Assembly: GCA_965235115.1 (NCBI GenBank)
Contig: OZ249436.1
Coordinates: forward strand, 52,392,001-52,456,000
Source: Laetmonice hystrix
Taxonomy: Eukaryota
Length of the DNA stretch: 64,000 nucleotides
Reading direction: 5' to 3'
Shown here: positions 51,346-64,000 of the stretch, piece after piece
Layout of the letters: every line of letters starts with the position of its first letter
Numbering within the stretch: the first letter of the stretch is position 1
The notes under the pieces: model-generated
What the model was told of the DNA's origin: nothing
The model's input: the letters and a program-made list of their open reading frames with translations, nothing else
Database searches by the model: none
Position numbers and translations under genes: made by a program

Positions 51346-54300
51346 TCATCCAACTGTAATTTTAGTTGGTAAATCCACATCTTGGAGGGCATAAAAGTTA
51401 ATGGCACCACCGTCAATAACTGCCCATAATAGGGGGACATTCTCGTGGCAGTGTTTCTGCATCGTCTTCATGTCATCAACGCTTGGAAATACATCGTCGG
51501 CTCTGTAACAACATAATAGCAACATCTAAATTATAATCCAGAAATACTATCGGCTACGTCCTATGTATTGATATCATGATTAAGAACCTGGGGTCTGCTT
51601 AGTACTCGGAGAACCAGCAAGATGGCAGGACCAAACAGGCTCAACTGTCTGTGAGACGTACTTTTGTACTTGGACTTTTGTCAGTTTTGTTCCTTTCCAT
51701 GGTACCATTCCATTTTCATACGAATGACATTATCCAGAATTTACCATTGAACATTAAATTTTAGTCAAATACTGAAATTCGTTAGAACATGAGACTGTTC
51801 ATGAAATTTGAACAAAGTTTACATTGAAGTACATAGACAGGAACATATCTGTCTGATAGTTCAGTTGTGGTCCTCCAAGTCCTATGCTCCCTAAATTATA
51901 CTCACCTAACGATACAGAGGTGGTGGCTTGGCAGCTGAAGCATTGTTTTCCTGAATTTGCTGTTAGGGAGGTAGACGTCATAGACAATCCTGATTTTTTT
52001 TAAATCCTCTTGCTCTGAGCCTGGAAATCTGAAGGTAAGGAGGAAAAACATGAATCCCCTCCAAAAAATACAATTTACATGCTAAGCTGATAATTAACGC
52101 AACATACACATTGTGTACGATTCTACAGAAAAGTTGGTTTGGCCTGTGTTTGCTTGTCCCTCCCGTTTCAATTTTCCAAATTCTCGGGCCTATAATAACG
52201 ACCATTTGCACCCGTTCTGTCCCTTGAATTTTACAGACTCATACCCCACCGTGCCAGAAGTGAAGGATCAGCCAAATGATCCGTAGCGGTATATGGCATT
52301 CTTGTAAGCAGTTATAGGAATCTTTTCTTACCTGACATCTTGCTTCTCTACACTTTCCATGATCTGCAGCCTCTCTAATATATCACCTACACACAAAAGG
52401 ACTTTCGTCAATTTTCATGTTTGGTTGGCTTATATTACAAAAATTAATCTACGAACAATACATAAATAAAACCTCCAATAGGAGCCGGGGAACTAATGTC
52501 AGTGGTATGACAGAATAATAACTGGTATGGTCCTTGACATATAATCTAAACAATAAACATAAAATTTAGAATCATAACAAAGAATCAGAATAGGAACTTT
52601 AAGCTTTAAAAACTTTAAACTTTTGAACTTTAAAAACATATCGGCAGAAGAAATTGTACACAATACACCAAAAATGTAAGTAGGGTATACTTTTGACAAC
52701 TTTTTAGAAGGAAAGCACTTACGTGAGGAAGAAGCCTCTTGCGGCCTCAGTAGTGGCGTCACCTCACCTGTCCACAGGCACCCAGCTGGTGAGTTTTTCA
52801 GTGTAACAGAAGCAAGCTGTTGGCGGTACTGCTGTCTATACTCGCCCCAGTTTGACGCCCTGATCTTCCCTTTCCACCCAGCACTACCCAGGGAGAAAAC
52901 CAGATTATCTTTTGGTTCTACTCGTTGGCAATGCCGAAATGTATTGACATCAAATGTGTACACCTCTCTAGCGTATAACACACAGCAGGGTAGGCAGTCT
53001 AACGTCGGTTGTTGGATGTGTAATTTGTTTTTACTTGCAAAACTAGGAAAATTGATAATGGTCCAGTCCCATTGAGAGTATGGAATGTGGGAAGTTCTCT
53101 GAGTTAGAGAATGTTGTGCAGACTGCATGTCATCTGCAAACTGTTCCACAGTATCCAGAGACAATGGTCCAGAAACTGCATGAGACTTTTCTCCTGAAGA
53201 ACATCTTAACAACGTAGTCTGTCCTTCAGTTGGTTTCCCCTCTTCTTTATTTTCAACAGCACACTGATGAAAACTTGCCGGTGATGATTCTGATTCGGAT
53301 GGTGCTTTACTTGGGTTAACTGCTTCCATTTTAGCTTTCTTCAATGCAGGCTTCTCGCAATCCTTGCGTTCCTGATTGTCTCTTTTCCCTTGCTTTCTTT
53401 TGCATTTTCGGACTCTCTTGAGGTGCTGATTCAAGCATATCTGTTGCTCATATGATGTTAATTCTCTGCAAATAATAAGGGAGAATAAAAAATACAGAAA
53501 AAGAAATGTGAGTATTTTTAAAAGTTTTGGAAATACAGGCCACTGAAAAGATATGTGATCCTATCTAAAGAGGCCAGTCAAGATTAGCAATGACCTGGCA
53601 CTAGGCTCTTCCTATAATCCAAGAACTGAGTTGGTAGCATATTGTGATACCATATCGATATTTCCCAACTGAATTGAGTTTTTTACTAAAAGTTCTTTTG
53701 CAGGGAAACCTGCCTTTCAATACTTACAAATGAGGAACATGCCTTTGCAGAATATAGCCAAAGCGAGTGAGGTGAGCATATACTTGGTACTGCTCCATGC
53801 TGACATGTTCTGCCAGTAGTGTGGCATAGGCTTGCTTCAAACTGAGAGGAACTTCACCATGGTATATCTCTAGAGTTCCCTGCAATACAGTTATTAAAAT
53901 AAAGATAACTCATGCAAGTTCTTTCACCTGTTTGATAAAATCTAATTTATTTTAGTATGTGTGGGGCCACACCTGTTCTGACCATACAGGTGACACGGTC
54001 ACCACAGGCCTATCCCAAACCACGATGCAGCTCTCTAGTTACATTATCCAAGTTTGACACCAATGTCAATGGCATGAATCTTAGTTTATTATTCTGATGC
54101 CTGATGAGACTCTGTCAAAACTGTGTTGAGTAACCAGGGCAACACCTAGCTGCCTGTTGCTCTTAGTTTACTGGGAGTGACACTACAGTTACGGTTGCTA
54201 TACAACTCGGTCACAATGGAGATGGAATTTTGATTAAGCAGTGATCGTAGCTGCCACTTGTACGGCAGCATCTAAAGTAAACAATGTATGACAGATATAT

Positions 54301-56483
54301 AGTGATATTGCTAGGCATGTGCAGTTGGCAGTTGAGCTCCGAAAAGTCTTTCTTTCTAGCTGTCGTCTTGAAAGGCTACTTACAGCATCCATGAGGAAGA
54401 GGGCTTCTTCTGGCTCAAGAAAGTGAACTCCATTCTCACAATGGCCCATGCTTTGCCAGAACTTTCCCTGAAATGTAATATAAAGGCTAACTCAGATAGC
54501 TTAACACAATACAATATCTTAGATGCCTCCAGGTACAACTTTGTGGGCATTTTCTAACAGTTTGGGAGATACAGGCTTCATTTAACTGCTTCATTTTAAA
54601 TTTACCACGATTCATTTAATAGCCATGGACATCAGCCAATATTAGAATGCCCTCGGGCATGATCATGATATATACTTGCCTTCTCTCCCTGGTGAATACA
54701 ATTGATATCCGTGCTAGTTAAGGGGTAGTACTGGCCCAGTGGGCAAGTAACCTTTGAACGACTAATTGTTATCTAAAAAATATCATAAATTGTGCTCAGT
54801 TTGGAGAAATCTCCAAGGAGGAAGAAAATGATGATTTGGACACAAACCTGCATTTTTGTAACTTGAACCTTTCGAAAGTTGCTCTTCCATATCCCTCTTG
54901 CCAAGGAATTCCTAATGGAAATGGGAAGGAACTTATTAATTTACAATATAATATCTACAAGTTTGATCAAAGAAATTCCCTATTTGTGATTGTTATAAAC
55001 TGCAGCTTGCAAACTTGATCATGACACATTAATTTATCTTGCACATCTTCGGTTATACAGATCTAAAAAGATGTGAAATGCAAGGATTTTCAAGCACTTT
55101 CCCTGTATATAAATTGCAATTTTCAAGGTTTTCAAGGCCTTGAAAAATCTCTAATAAAATTCAAGTACTTTCAAGGACTTCTAGGACCTGTGCGAAACCT
55201 GTATGTACCTCATTTGACCTAATCAGCATGCAAATGGTTCAAATTCTTTTTGGTGATAAAAATTTATTGTGAATAATTATTTCTAAAAAGATGGGGTTTT
55301 TTTACAATTTACATTGGATTGAAGTGGTCAAAAATCTGTTTACACATCTCCACTACTGCAGAGAGCTGAACTTCTGCATACCCCAATGCTTTAATAACTT
55401 GCAGTGAATGCTGCATTATTCTCTATTCTATGTACTTACTGCTTGCTCACTCTTTCCCCATGAAGCAATTCACCAAGCTCTGTGTAGACCACATCAGTTT
55501 TCTTTGCTTGAATCCAGGAACCATCTGGGGCATAATCTTTCACTCCAATAGTGGGTACACTCATCTGTCCCACTGTGGACAGTTTCAGTAGTTCTTTGGC
55601 ACTATAGATAATAAAAATAAAAGCACACATTGAAAAATAAACATACTATACATATCACCAACTGTCTTTGGGAAAAACCCAGGAAAATGAAAAGGTGTGT
55701 TGAGATCTCATTCATGCATCCTTTAAAATTGCTTATTCATGATTATCATGATTGTAGTACTCTTCGAGGATACCACGACATGTCTATGTAGAGAACTAAA
55801 GTCCTGAAATATTCCAGGATTTCATATAACAAGAAAAGGTGGTCGCAATGTCCCCACTTTCTGTCCCTAGACCTCCTGCCCTGGTTCTGTCCATGCTTCT
55901 ATCTAAGTGCCTCGAGCGGTTGCATGTGCTCCATGACTTATGAACACAATCGATATTTATATTCAATAAAATCAAAACTTTTGATCTCTCAGAAGAAGTA
56001 ATTTGTCTAAAATTGGCGGGACAACACCTGCAGTGGTGGGTCCAGGGGCGTTAGGGGGTTAACCCCCCCCCCCCCATGCAGCCAATTTTTCTTTTTTCTA
56101 TATAGTCACAGAACTTTCTGAACTATGGCTATGCTAACCCCCCCCCCACAAGCAAATTCTTCCCCTTAAACTAAGTTAAAGTACCCCACCCCCCCCCCCT
56201 TATTAAAATTCTGGATCCGCCCCTGACCTACCTGAGCTTTAATCGTGCACCACCGTACGGCGCTGCGATCGCAGTAGGCCCAGGCTGGTGAGCGATAATA
56301 GAGTGCACTAGCCACTAGGTATTCAGACAAACGGTAAAGTTGTACAAGTACTAGAACAACCACAGACCTCGAATCTACCTCAAGAGGTCTAAATTAATAT
56401 TAGTATGGGTTCGTCGAAGACGAACGTAGCCCTACTGCTGTCACTGACCTCAGGCTGAGCGAGCCTTCGCCTTCCGACCACAT
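51346..56483 (-). CDS. TSEN54: tRNA-splicing endonuclease subunit Sen54, 524 aa
   Basis: Exons (minus) 56483-56449, 55601-55440, 54911-54848, 54467-54384, 53879-53728, 53465-52723, 52386-52332, 52028-51906, 51502-51346 (1575 nt, phases consistent). Motifs GKFWQSMG..LEPEEALFL, PLSLKQAY, QYQVYAHLTRFGYIL, IVYDVYLP..FRKT, WAVIDGGAINFY; polyA signal at 51165-51160. Confidence 0.93.
56031..56225. mobile_element. hAT-like MITE with C-rich tracts
   Basis: cagtggtgggtccag ... ctggatccgcccctg imperfect TIR; no clean TSD. Confidence 0.5.
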
Positions 56484-56702
56484 GATGGCGATGATGATGA
56501 TGATGATGATGGTCCCCGTCTGTGGACAGTGTGGTGTCACGCTCTGTGATTGCGTTCAGTGGCTGTGGTTGAAATCTGGGCTTATCACGGAGCAGTTACA
56601 ATGATGTCGGTGATCTCCTACCAGAGGCCAGCGTGTCCAAAAGAGTGGCTGTCCCTTGGAACATAATTTATGGCACCCTGTTTCCGATCATGAGTGTTGT
56701 GT

Positions 56703-56756
56703 ATGGTGGCGCCCCCTGATGTAAAAAACTAATTTTACATCAGGGGGCGCCACCAT
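56703..56756. repeat. Perfect 24-bp inverted repeat upstream of TSEN54
   Basis: atggtggcgccccctgatgtaaaa-aactaa-ttttacatcagggggcgccaccat. Confidence 0.95.
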
Positions 56757-57561
56757 GCAATTTGTTCCCCATACTCACCAGGTGGCGCCAGTTATTTCCT
56801 CTATTGAAATCCAAGGGAGCGCGAACTTGTGTTTGTTCCCCTCAAGAGGCCTGCACGTGAGGCCCTATACGCCTATGCTACACTTTAGGCTAAATGATCA
56901 TGTAAAAACAGGCGCGTCCAGAGTGGGGGTCCAGGGGGTCCGGACCCCCCCCCCCTGCTCCCACAGAGCATAGATTTTTTCTAAGCATTCCCACCGTTTT
57001 GAACCCGTTCAGCGATTTTTCTAAGCATTTCCGCCGTTTTGAACATGTTGAGCGATTAATCTACAAAATATAGGGGCCTAATGCCCTAAAATGGCGGGGA
57101 ATCGAATAGCGCTCAGGGGCGGTGTGTAGGCCTCGGCCCTAGGCCTAGAGGCTAGATCTATGTTCAAGCGGGACGGTCTGCTCTCTATTGAAAGGGGGAG
57201 ACGTAGAGTCTATATCCGGGATATCCTACAACTCCCGCCATAGGCCTAATAGGTGGATCTAGGCTATTAACATAATAACATGGCCTAGCTATAGGCCTAC
57301 TGTTAAGGGGACCAAACTGCATTAGACCTATGAAATAATAGAGAATCAAGGAGATAAAAGAGGGAAAGGAGAAAAGACAAAGAGGAAGAAGAGAAGTGAA
57401 GGAGAAGAACAGGGAGGGGAAAAGTTAAGGAAAACTCATTTTTTCAAGTTACAAGTCATGTAGTAGGCTAATATGGCTGCGCCCAATCTTTATTTGAAAA
57501 ACCAATCGTCGTGGGTGCAGTCGATTTAGGCCTAAGGCATTTTAGCAGATGTTCACTGAAA

Positions 57562-60500
57562 TCACAGCTTGGATAATTTAGGCCCATCCTTATATCGGCC
57601 CTCTACATGCACTTTTCGTAGCAAACGCCGAAGGATTTTACCACTGGAGGTCTTTGGGATGGCCTTAAGAAAATATATACCCCCGCGTAGACGTTTGTAT
57701 GGTGCGACTTGACCTGAAAAGTGAAATAGATAGACCTATCTAGTGCATGAATAGTTTCTTACAGAGCCATTTTGTGAGAGACTGCCAACAATAGGATTTC
57801 TTATTCTGTTTCTGACTCTGACAGAAACTAATCTAATCTGATTATTATTTAAAACTCGTGAAGTAGATCTATATATAACTTTAGGCCTACTGTTGATGAA
57901 GGTTTGCAAATTCTCTGCCGTTTGTTGATGTCCAGTTTTCAGCACTACAAATGCACACGGCACTTCTCCCGCCCGTTCATCCGGGATCCCGACAACTCCC
58001 GCGTCTGCTATATCTGGATGGGCGAGGAGGATGGCTTCTAGCTCACCTGGCGCCACCTGCCGGAGCGGACAATAAATACTTACTGTTAGTGACACTATAA
58101 TCATGCCAACCATGCGTGGTAATATGGCACTTTTTCTCTTCTCTATGCCTGTGAGGATTTGCATAGACCGAATTCACACAAACAGACTCAGATCATAATA
58201 AGGGGTCCCAGCAAAATTTCCTGACTTGGCCCCTAATACCTGACCTCCAGTTACAGCACTGACACGTAGGCCCTAAAGTCTACATGAAAGTTCATGTTTG
58301 TGATTAGCCACCAATTAAACGCACCATTTCCCGTTACGAGCTGCAGAGAGCTTTATGATCTTACCTGAAATCCTTTGTATTTGACAAGCTCCTTTAGCCT
58401 TTCCACGACAAACATATTGCCATGTGTATCTTTGTAAGCTATGTCACCTATAGCAAAAAGAATTTAAGTACAAGAATTGAAGGTCAATGCGAATCTTCGC
58501 AATATGAAGCCATTTTTCAGGCAGCTGCAATTTATGATAAATGACAAAGCTTTCCTTGCAACTGCACTCTACTATAAGTAGCCCTACTCATGCCCATTTT
58601 CCTCAGACAGAGGAGTGGAAGACTGAACTCGCCCTTCAAACTTGTCCACAATAGGCCTAAATAACTCGCAGATCCTTGGACACGTCCAATATCCTGTCAG
58701 GTGATTGCTCGACATATCAGGCGGGTTTAGTTTAATAATCGTCATTCTACCCATTAGGCCTACAGTGAAATCCTCATACCCGTATGTAGCCATCCATTCG
58801 AATCGATGATGTCGGCTGTAGCCGTTGGATTATTGAGGTAACCTTTCATGACTGTTGGCGACTTGAGGCATAGTTCTCCAGATTGTCCTGGTCCCAGGGT
58901 CACGCCAGTGTCCACGTCGATAATCTGGATGTGTTGGGGATTTTAAGGGGACAATAATATTGGTCAGCCATATTAGCCAAAGTTTGACTTTTCTTCTCAT
59001 TGACAGAATGGTAAGGACCCAGGCCCAATGGGCCCATTCATATAATCTCACTATGTTTTATACTTTTTTCCTTAGATGAAGTTACAAAGTTTTAAAGTTT
59101 TAAACGCCAAGTATAATTTGGCGTGGCAACGGAATCAAGAATCTTGTGTGCCGAACTGTATGAACATTCTGCCGCATACTGGTCGGAAACACTGTTCAAA
59201 GTATTAAAATTGAACATCAGAAATATTTGTTAAAATTCACTTGGAAATGATTTGTTCACCTTGTCCGTCACAATGGGAGTAGCCTTGCCTGCCGATCCCG
59301 GTACCATGGGCTCATTGCTACGGCTCAGGTGGGTTGGACCCGTGGCTTCGGTCAACCCGTAACCTGAATCAAAGCCACTTCTTGTAATCCCCCGCCCTTT
59401 TATTAAGTATTGTCACTAAACAATAATAAAGTTATATTAGGCTTTCGATCCTAAGAGAATCATTTTGGACTGGGCTAAAACTACGTATCTGTCATTTGTA
59501 ATATATTATGCAGAAAGACTGCTTCCAGGGTTAAATTGCAAAGACGTTTTTGAGGAAAAGTGTGCAAATAACATTTTCTGAAATATTTGAATGTTATCTT
59601 AAATCTAAATTCATTTCTTTTTTTCAGGGAATATTTTTGGGGGAACCCTCTAGATAGCCTAGTTTACGACATATTACCAAGAACCGGCACCTGATGTGGG
59701 ATGCTATGAGCGACAGCTTCCATGTACTCACCCTGTCGTATATCTGTCACACCAAGCCGGCTTGCTGCAGCTCGTTGTATGGATTCACGAGTTGGTGCCG
59801 CACTCACTGATATGGTTCGTAAACTTGAAATGTTGTATTTCTCCACTAGAGGGTCTTTGGTCAGTCGGAGCAGTACAGGTGGCGCCATCATCAGTACTGT
59901 GGCCTACAAGGGTAAATCGCAAACAGGATAAAATAATGAGTTACCATGAGTAAATTCACAAGTTTAATAATAAATATCTGCAGATATATCCAGTAAGCCA
60001 AATTAAAACTCAGGTTTTCAAATTGTTATTCTGCAATAAAAGCACAAAACAATATTGATATAATGTTTGTACTCCTTAATATTGTATTAGTGTTAGTAAA
60101 TTAAGACAATGTCACTTTGTACGCGACGCATAGACATGTGGATATAACTCTTGTAACATGCCTTGTATTTTTCAATGGCTGCCAGGTATCTTTCAAAGTT
60201 GAATGTAGCGTATATGACTGTGGTGGCCCCGGCGCAGATCCCAACCAGCAGTGTTATCAGCCCAGAAATGTGAAACATGGGGAACATTGCTATAATGGTG
60301 TCACCAACGTGTGCAACAGACAGCTCAGGTGACCTGCAACCAATGACAACAATGTGAAACATGAGGAACATTGCTATAATGGTGTCACCAACGTGTGCAA
60401 CAGACAGCTCAGGTGACCTGCAACCAATGACAACAATGTGAAACATGGGGAACATTGCTATAATGGTGTCACCAACGTGTGCAACAGACAGCTCAGGTGA

Positions 60501-63349
60501 CCTGCAATTAATGACAACAATGTGAAACATGAGGAACATTGCTATAATGGTGTCACCAACGTGTGCAACAGACAGCTCAGGTGACCTGCAACTAATGACA
60601 ACAATGTCACCAGGGTCCGGGTTTTCCTATTTTAAGTTTTAAAAGCTCAAGGTTTCTGATTGGCTGCCTTTTTCAACTGACCAATCAGAGGCGTTAAGCT
60701 CAAGTTTAAACAGTAGGCGAGAGCAACATCCGGTCAGAGACATGTGATATACATTGATTCCATCGTGAGTAAAAATGTTGTCTAAGACTCTCCCCCCCCC
60801 CCCCCCGGTATTACGTGATCCTCATATAGTCACCTGTCCATCAACTGACGCTGATGGCTGGCAATATGAGGCTACACCTAAAAGCAGTGTTAGCAGTGAA
60901 ATACACTCTGTTGTTGAAAACATGGCAGACATATAGGCCGAGCTCCGTAAAGGATGCCCAACTTTCACTTCTCTTATACCACATCACCGTAACGTTGGCG
61001 TGCTATCAATCATTGGTTAGGCCAGACTTTTTTAATAGTTCGGTTTACGCGCCCGCCGACCATAGATTTCCGAAATTAAAAAAAAAGAAATTGCTGAAAT
61101 TGCTTGACTATAAAATAGCCTGGTCCCCAGGTCTATAGTGACTACGTATATATAGAGCCTGGTGAAGGCTACTCGAAGTGAGCATTGTGATTGGCCCATC
61201 AAAAACATGGACGCAAACGAGGCAGTTCCGTACCCTCCGTATTTCTCCAACAAGATACAGATATTTTCGTCAATCCCTTTAAAATACAAGTGTTAAATGT
61301 CCTCGCTTTTCCGGATGTAAACATAGTGTCATCGGTCCCCACACCTGCTACGGTCTGCATACGCATGTTGGCCACTCCCGGCCACGCTCCAAGCAGAAGT
61401 CGGTCACTCTGTTAACGCTGACCAACGGAACGGAAGCGGAAGTGCTTGGAGTTTAATCACTTTCGTTTCGCGGCTTTTGGTCAACCAGCACCTGGCCTAA
61501 CATAGCGGATGCGTATGGTAGGCACAGGGGACCAGGCTAGACTATAAAAGAGCTACATGGTCTGTGGGGCAGTGTCACAAACAGAATTTGTGTAAATTCA
61601 TATTAAACCATATTTGTGCAATTGACTTGATTTGTTTGTTCTATTTCAAAAACCTCTTCCCATTCATACATTTTTTTTTACCACTTATCGACCTTAAATT
61701 GTCAATGTAAATAAGACGTTGATTAAAAAAAAGTCAATTGCCCTTTTTTCTTCCCCCCCCCTCCCTACCGACCTTGTTCTCTGTCCAAAAATGCGCGTAA
61801 ACCGAAATATTAATTAAGTCTGGCCTTACCGTGATGTTAGCGTAGAAGTACTCTCAGTGCTGACACCAACCTTGATGGTAACGCCAGCTGTGCAATGATT
61901 GCCTCGTGTGTTATCATGACGCCTTTAGGCAGACCGGTCGTGCCACTAGAGTAGGGGAGAATGGCTACATCTTGGCGAGGATCGATGTGAACTGTGGGGC
62001 AGGCTTGGCCGTCATCGGCCATCAGTTCCCGGACCGAGGTGTGGCCGGACGCCCTTCCAATTACAAACACCTCCTGTTGTGGTCATTAAAACAACATTAC
62101 TGGGCGTTAGATCATTTAGGAAAGGTCGTGAGTTACCGTTATAAAATGTTCAACATGGCGCCGCCCGGAGAAATTAACTCGCCCAACACACAGTGACACA
62201 GACCAAACTTGTGTTCTTGCTTTATGATGATCGTATGTACATGATGGATACCAGTTTCGCTATATGATGTATTGTACCTCAATATAAATACTTCATCTGG
62301 GGAAAAGGGCAACTCACCTTGATCCCTTTGTACTTTCTCTGTACCACTCCGATCTTGGCAAGGTTGGAAGAAGTTGTGATTAGGTACTGCGCACCTGAGC
62401 TTTCACAATGCTGCAGTAGTTCGGCTGTAAATATAAGTAATGGCCGTCTCGTCATCAAGCAGGGCGGTAAGCAGCCAGGGCAGAGTCCGAATTGGCGAGG
62501 GGCTTTTGCCAGTAAGAACATTTCAATTTAAGGCGGTACCTATAATTTCTATCAAATGAAAAGGATTCCAATATATTTGTGAAAAGAGACACAGTTTCAA
62601 GAGTTATAGAAATCTAAGCTTTTAGGAGGCAGGTATGACCAGTAATATCTATATTCAGAATAACCTTATCTGTCTCTTCGCGGGGGTCTCAGTCTGAGAT
62701 GTGTATCGGGGAGTCAGAAAGGTCTACTATTGTTTCTTCACGTAGGCCCATCTATCTATCTATCAAGGGTACTATAGACCGGTAGGCCTATAGGTATCTG
62801 AGTTGGCCTCCTATAAAGGATCCACTCGCCACAAATGTCCAATCAGCCCTGATGTCCAATGGTTTATTAAAGGGGCTATGTATAGGCCCCCCCACTCCCC
62901 ACCCCCAACCCCCAACCCCAGCATTGCAGTTTTAGTAAGTTTCACCACAGTCACGGTTTCCTTCAAGGCAAAATATATTCAACAACACAGAAATCGATAA
63001 AAAAAACGATGCACCTTCGTAGTCACTAGAGGGCGCCACCTAGAATTTTGGGACAAGTTAACGGTTGAGGAAAGTTTAAGACTACGGTAGCAAGGTGTTC
63101 ATCGTTGAGATGCCCCAGTTTGTGGCATGCAGTCAGCTCACTTGGCGTGAAGAGAGGGTTTATGCCGGTGAGTATTCCGCCAATCATGGGAACAGCCAAC
63201 GTTACGGCCACGTGATCCAAGACGTTGGGTGCGCATGTAGCCACGACGTCACCTTTACGTAATCCACGACGGGCCAAAGCACTGCAAATACTCCGTACCG
63301 CATCTTTAAGATGATTGAAGGTCCACTCTTCCAAGGTATCACAATCCAC
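57562..63349 (-). CDS. Peroxisomal acyl-CoA synthetase, 4-coumarate-CoA ligase/firefly luciferase-like (ANL superfamily); first exon not found in window
   Basis: Exons (minus) 63349-63142, 62424-62318, 62073-61871, 60333-60162 (GC donor), 59903-59732, 59363-59260, 58924-58780, 58447-58365, 58056-57891, 57713-57562; 503 aa + stop. [57 protein letters not shown]-terminal SKL; polyA signal 57494-57489. Confidence 0.93.
60267..60607 (-). repeat. 84-bp x4 tandem repeat spanning a splice acceptor
   Basis: Acceptor ttgcag|gtcacctgag recurs at 60585, 60501, 60417, 60333; translates as ([17 protein letters not shown][P/L]MFHIVVIxCR)n. Confidence 0.97.
61020..61825. mobile_element. Harbinger-like MITE (TTA TSD) containing a nested element
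   Basis: TTA|ggccagactt..aata.ttcggtttacgcgc ... gcgcgtaaaccgaaatattaattaagtctggcc|TTA. Confidence 0.8.
61116..61539. mobile_element. Academ-like non-autonomous element with 10-bp TSD
   Basis: gactataaaa|tagcctggtcccc ... ggggaccaggcta|gactataaaa. Confidence 0.8.
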
Positions 63350-64000
63350 CTGCAATATTAAAACATAACACTGTAACTTTGCATCAAAGTATTCAATTAG
63401 GCCTATTTGTAAACAATCCACTTGGGATCAGGGTAAGAATGATTTTAAGCTCAACCCCTGGCTTTTCGTGAAAGGCGACAAATGGGGCGAGGGCTGGAGT
63501 GGGAAAATGGTCCATTGTCGGATTATATGAATCATTTGCGTGGCACCGATGGATCGATCCCGTATCATTTTTCTCACTGCCCGTTAATGGCCCTAGTGCT
63601 CCGCAACTGGGTCATTAAAGGCATTAATATATCCATCCGTGCTTGTGTGACTGGGAATAGGACCCCCCCCCCCCCCTTTTTTTTTAAAGTAGGGGATTGC
63701 CTCCCCATGGCAGATATCTTTCTCACTTCATCGTCATCATCACCCTCTAAATCTTGGGCTTACTCCGGGGGAATAGGTTTCTTGACTGAATTAAATTGTT
63801 GATATTGCCCTGAATATGCGGACAGGGGGCGTACCCCCCCCACGCCCCCTTGACAATTCAATTACATTTTAACAGTATGTAAAAGCCTATACCGAACCTG
63901 TCACTACGTTACGCGGTTTCATAATGAAACCGATCATTCGTATAGGTGTAGGCCATTCCGGCTACCAACTATAGAGAGAAGTAATTCGGTATATCTAGGT

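Noticed and set aside
52499..53434. 311-aa ORF as a standalone gene
   Set aside because: It is TSEN54 exon 6 plus read-through into the intron past the donor at 52722.
63350..64000. First exon of the luciferase-like gene
   Set aside because: No convincing ATG-bearing phase-0 exon with the expected N-terminal sequence; likely outside the window.

Overview
Eukaryotic (bilaterian invertebrate-like, AT-rich, intron-rich) genomic DNA; most ORF-track entries are spurious or single exons. Reading splice sites by hand gives four spliced genes. (1) The 5' part of CHAF1A (CAF-1 p150), minus strand, runs off the left edge. (2) A complete endophilin-A gene (N-BAR + SH3), plus strand, 9966-45337, sits head-to-head with CHAF1A across ~0.5 kb. 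(3) A complete TSEN54, minus strand. (4) A peroxisomal (SKL) 4-coumarate-CoA-ligase/firefly-luciferase-like acyl-CoA synthetase, minus strand, whose first exon probably lies beyond the right edge. Best candidates for novelty: an intact, intronless 219-aa ORF in endophilin intron 1 that resembles Tx1/L1-type ORF1p/ZCCHC3 but lacks zinc knuckles and any ORF2 (candidate domesticated retrotransposon gene); several frame-preserving 3-42 nt microexon candidates in endophilin; and an 84-bp in-frame tandem quadruplication of a splice acceptor in the luciferase-like gene. Introns hold many, often nested, non-autonomous DNA transposons. All homology calls come from motif recognition, not database searches.
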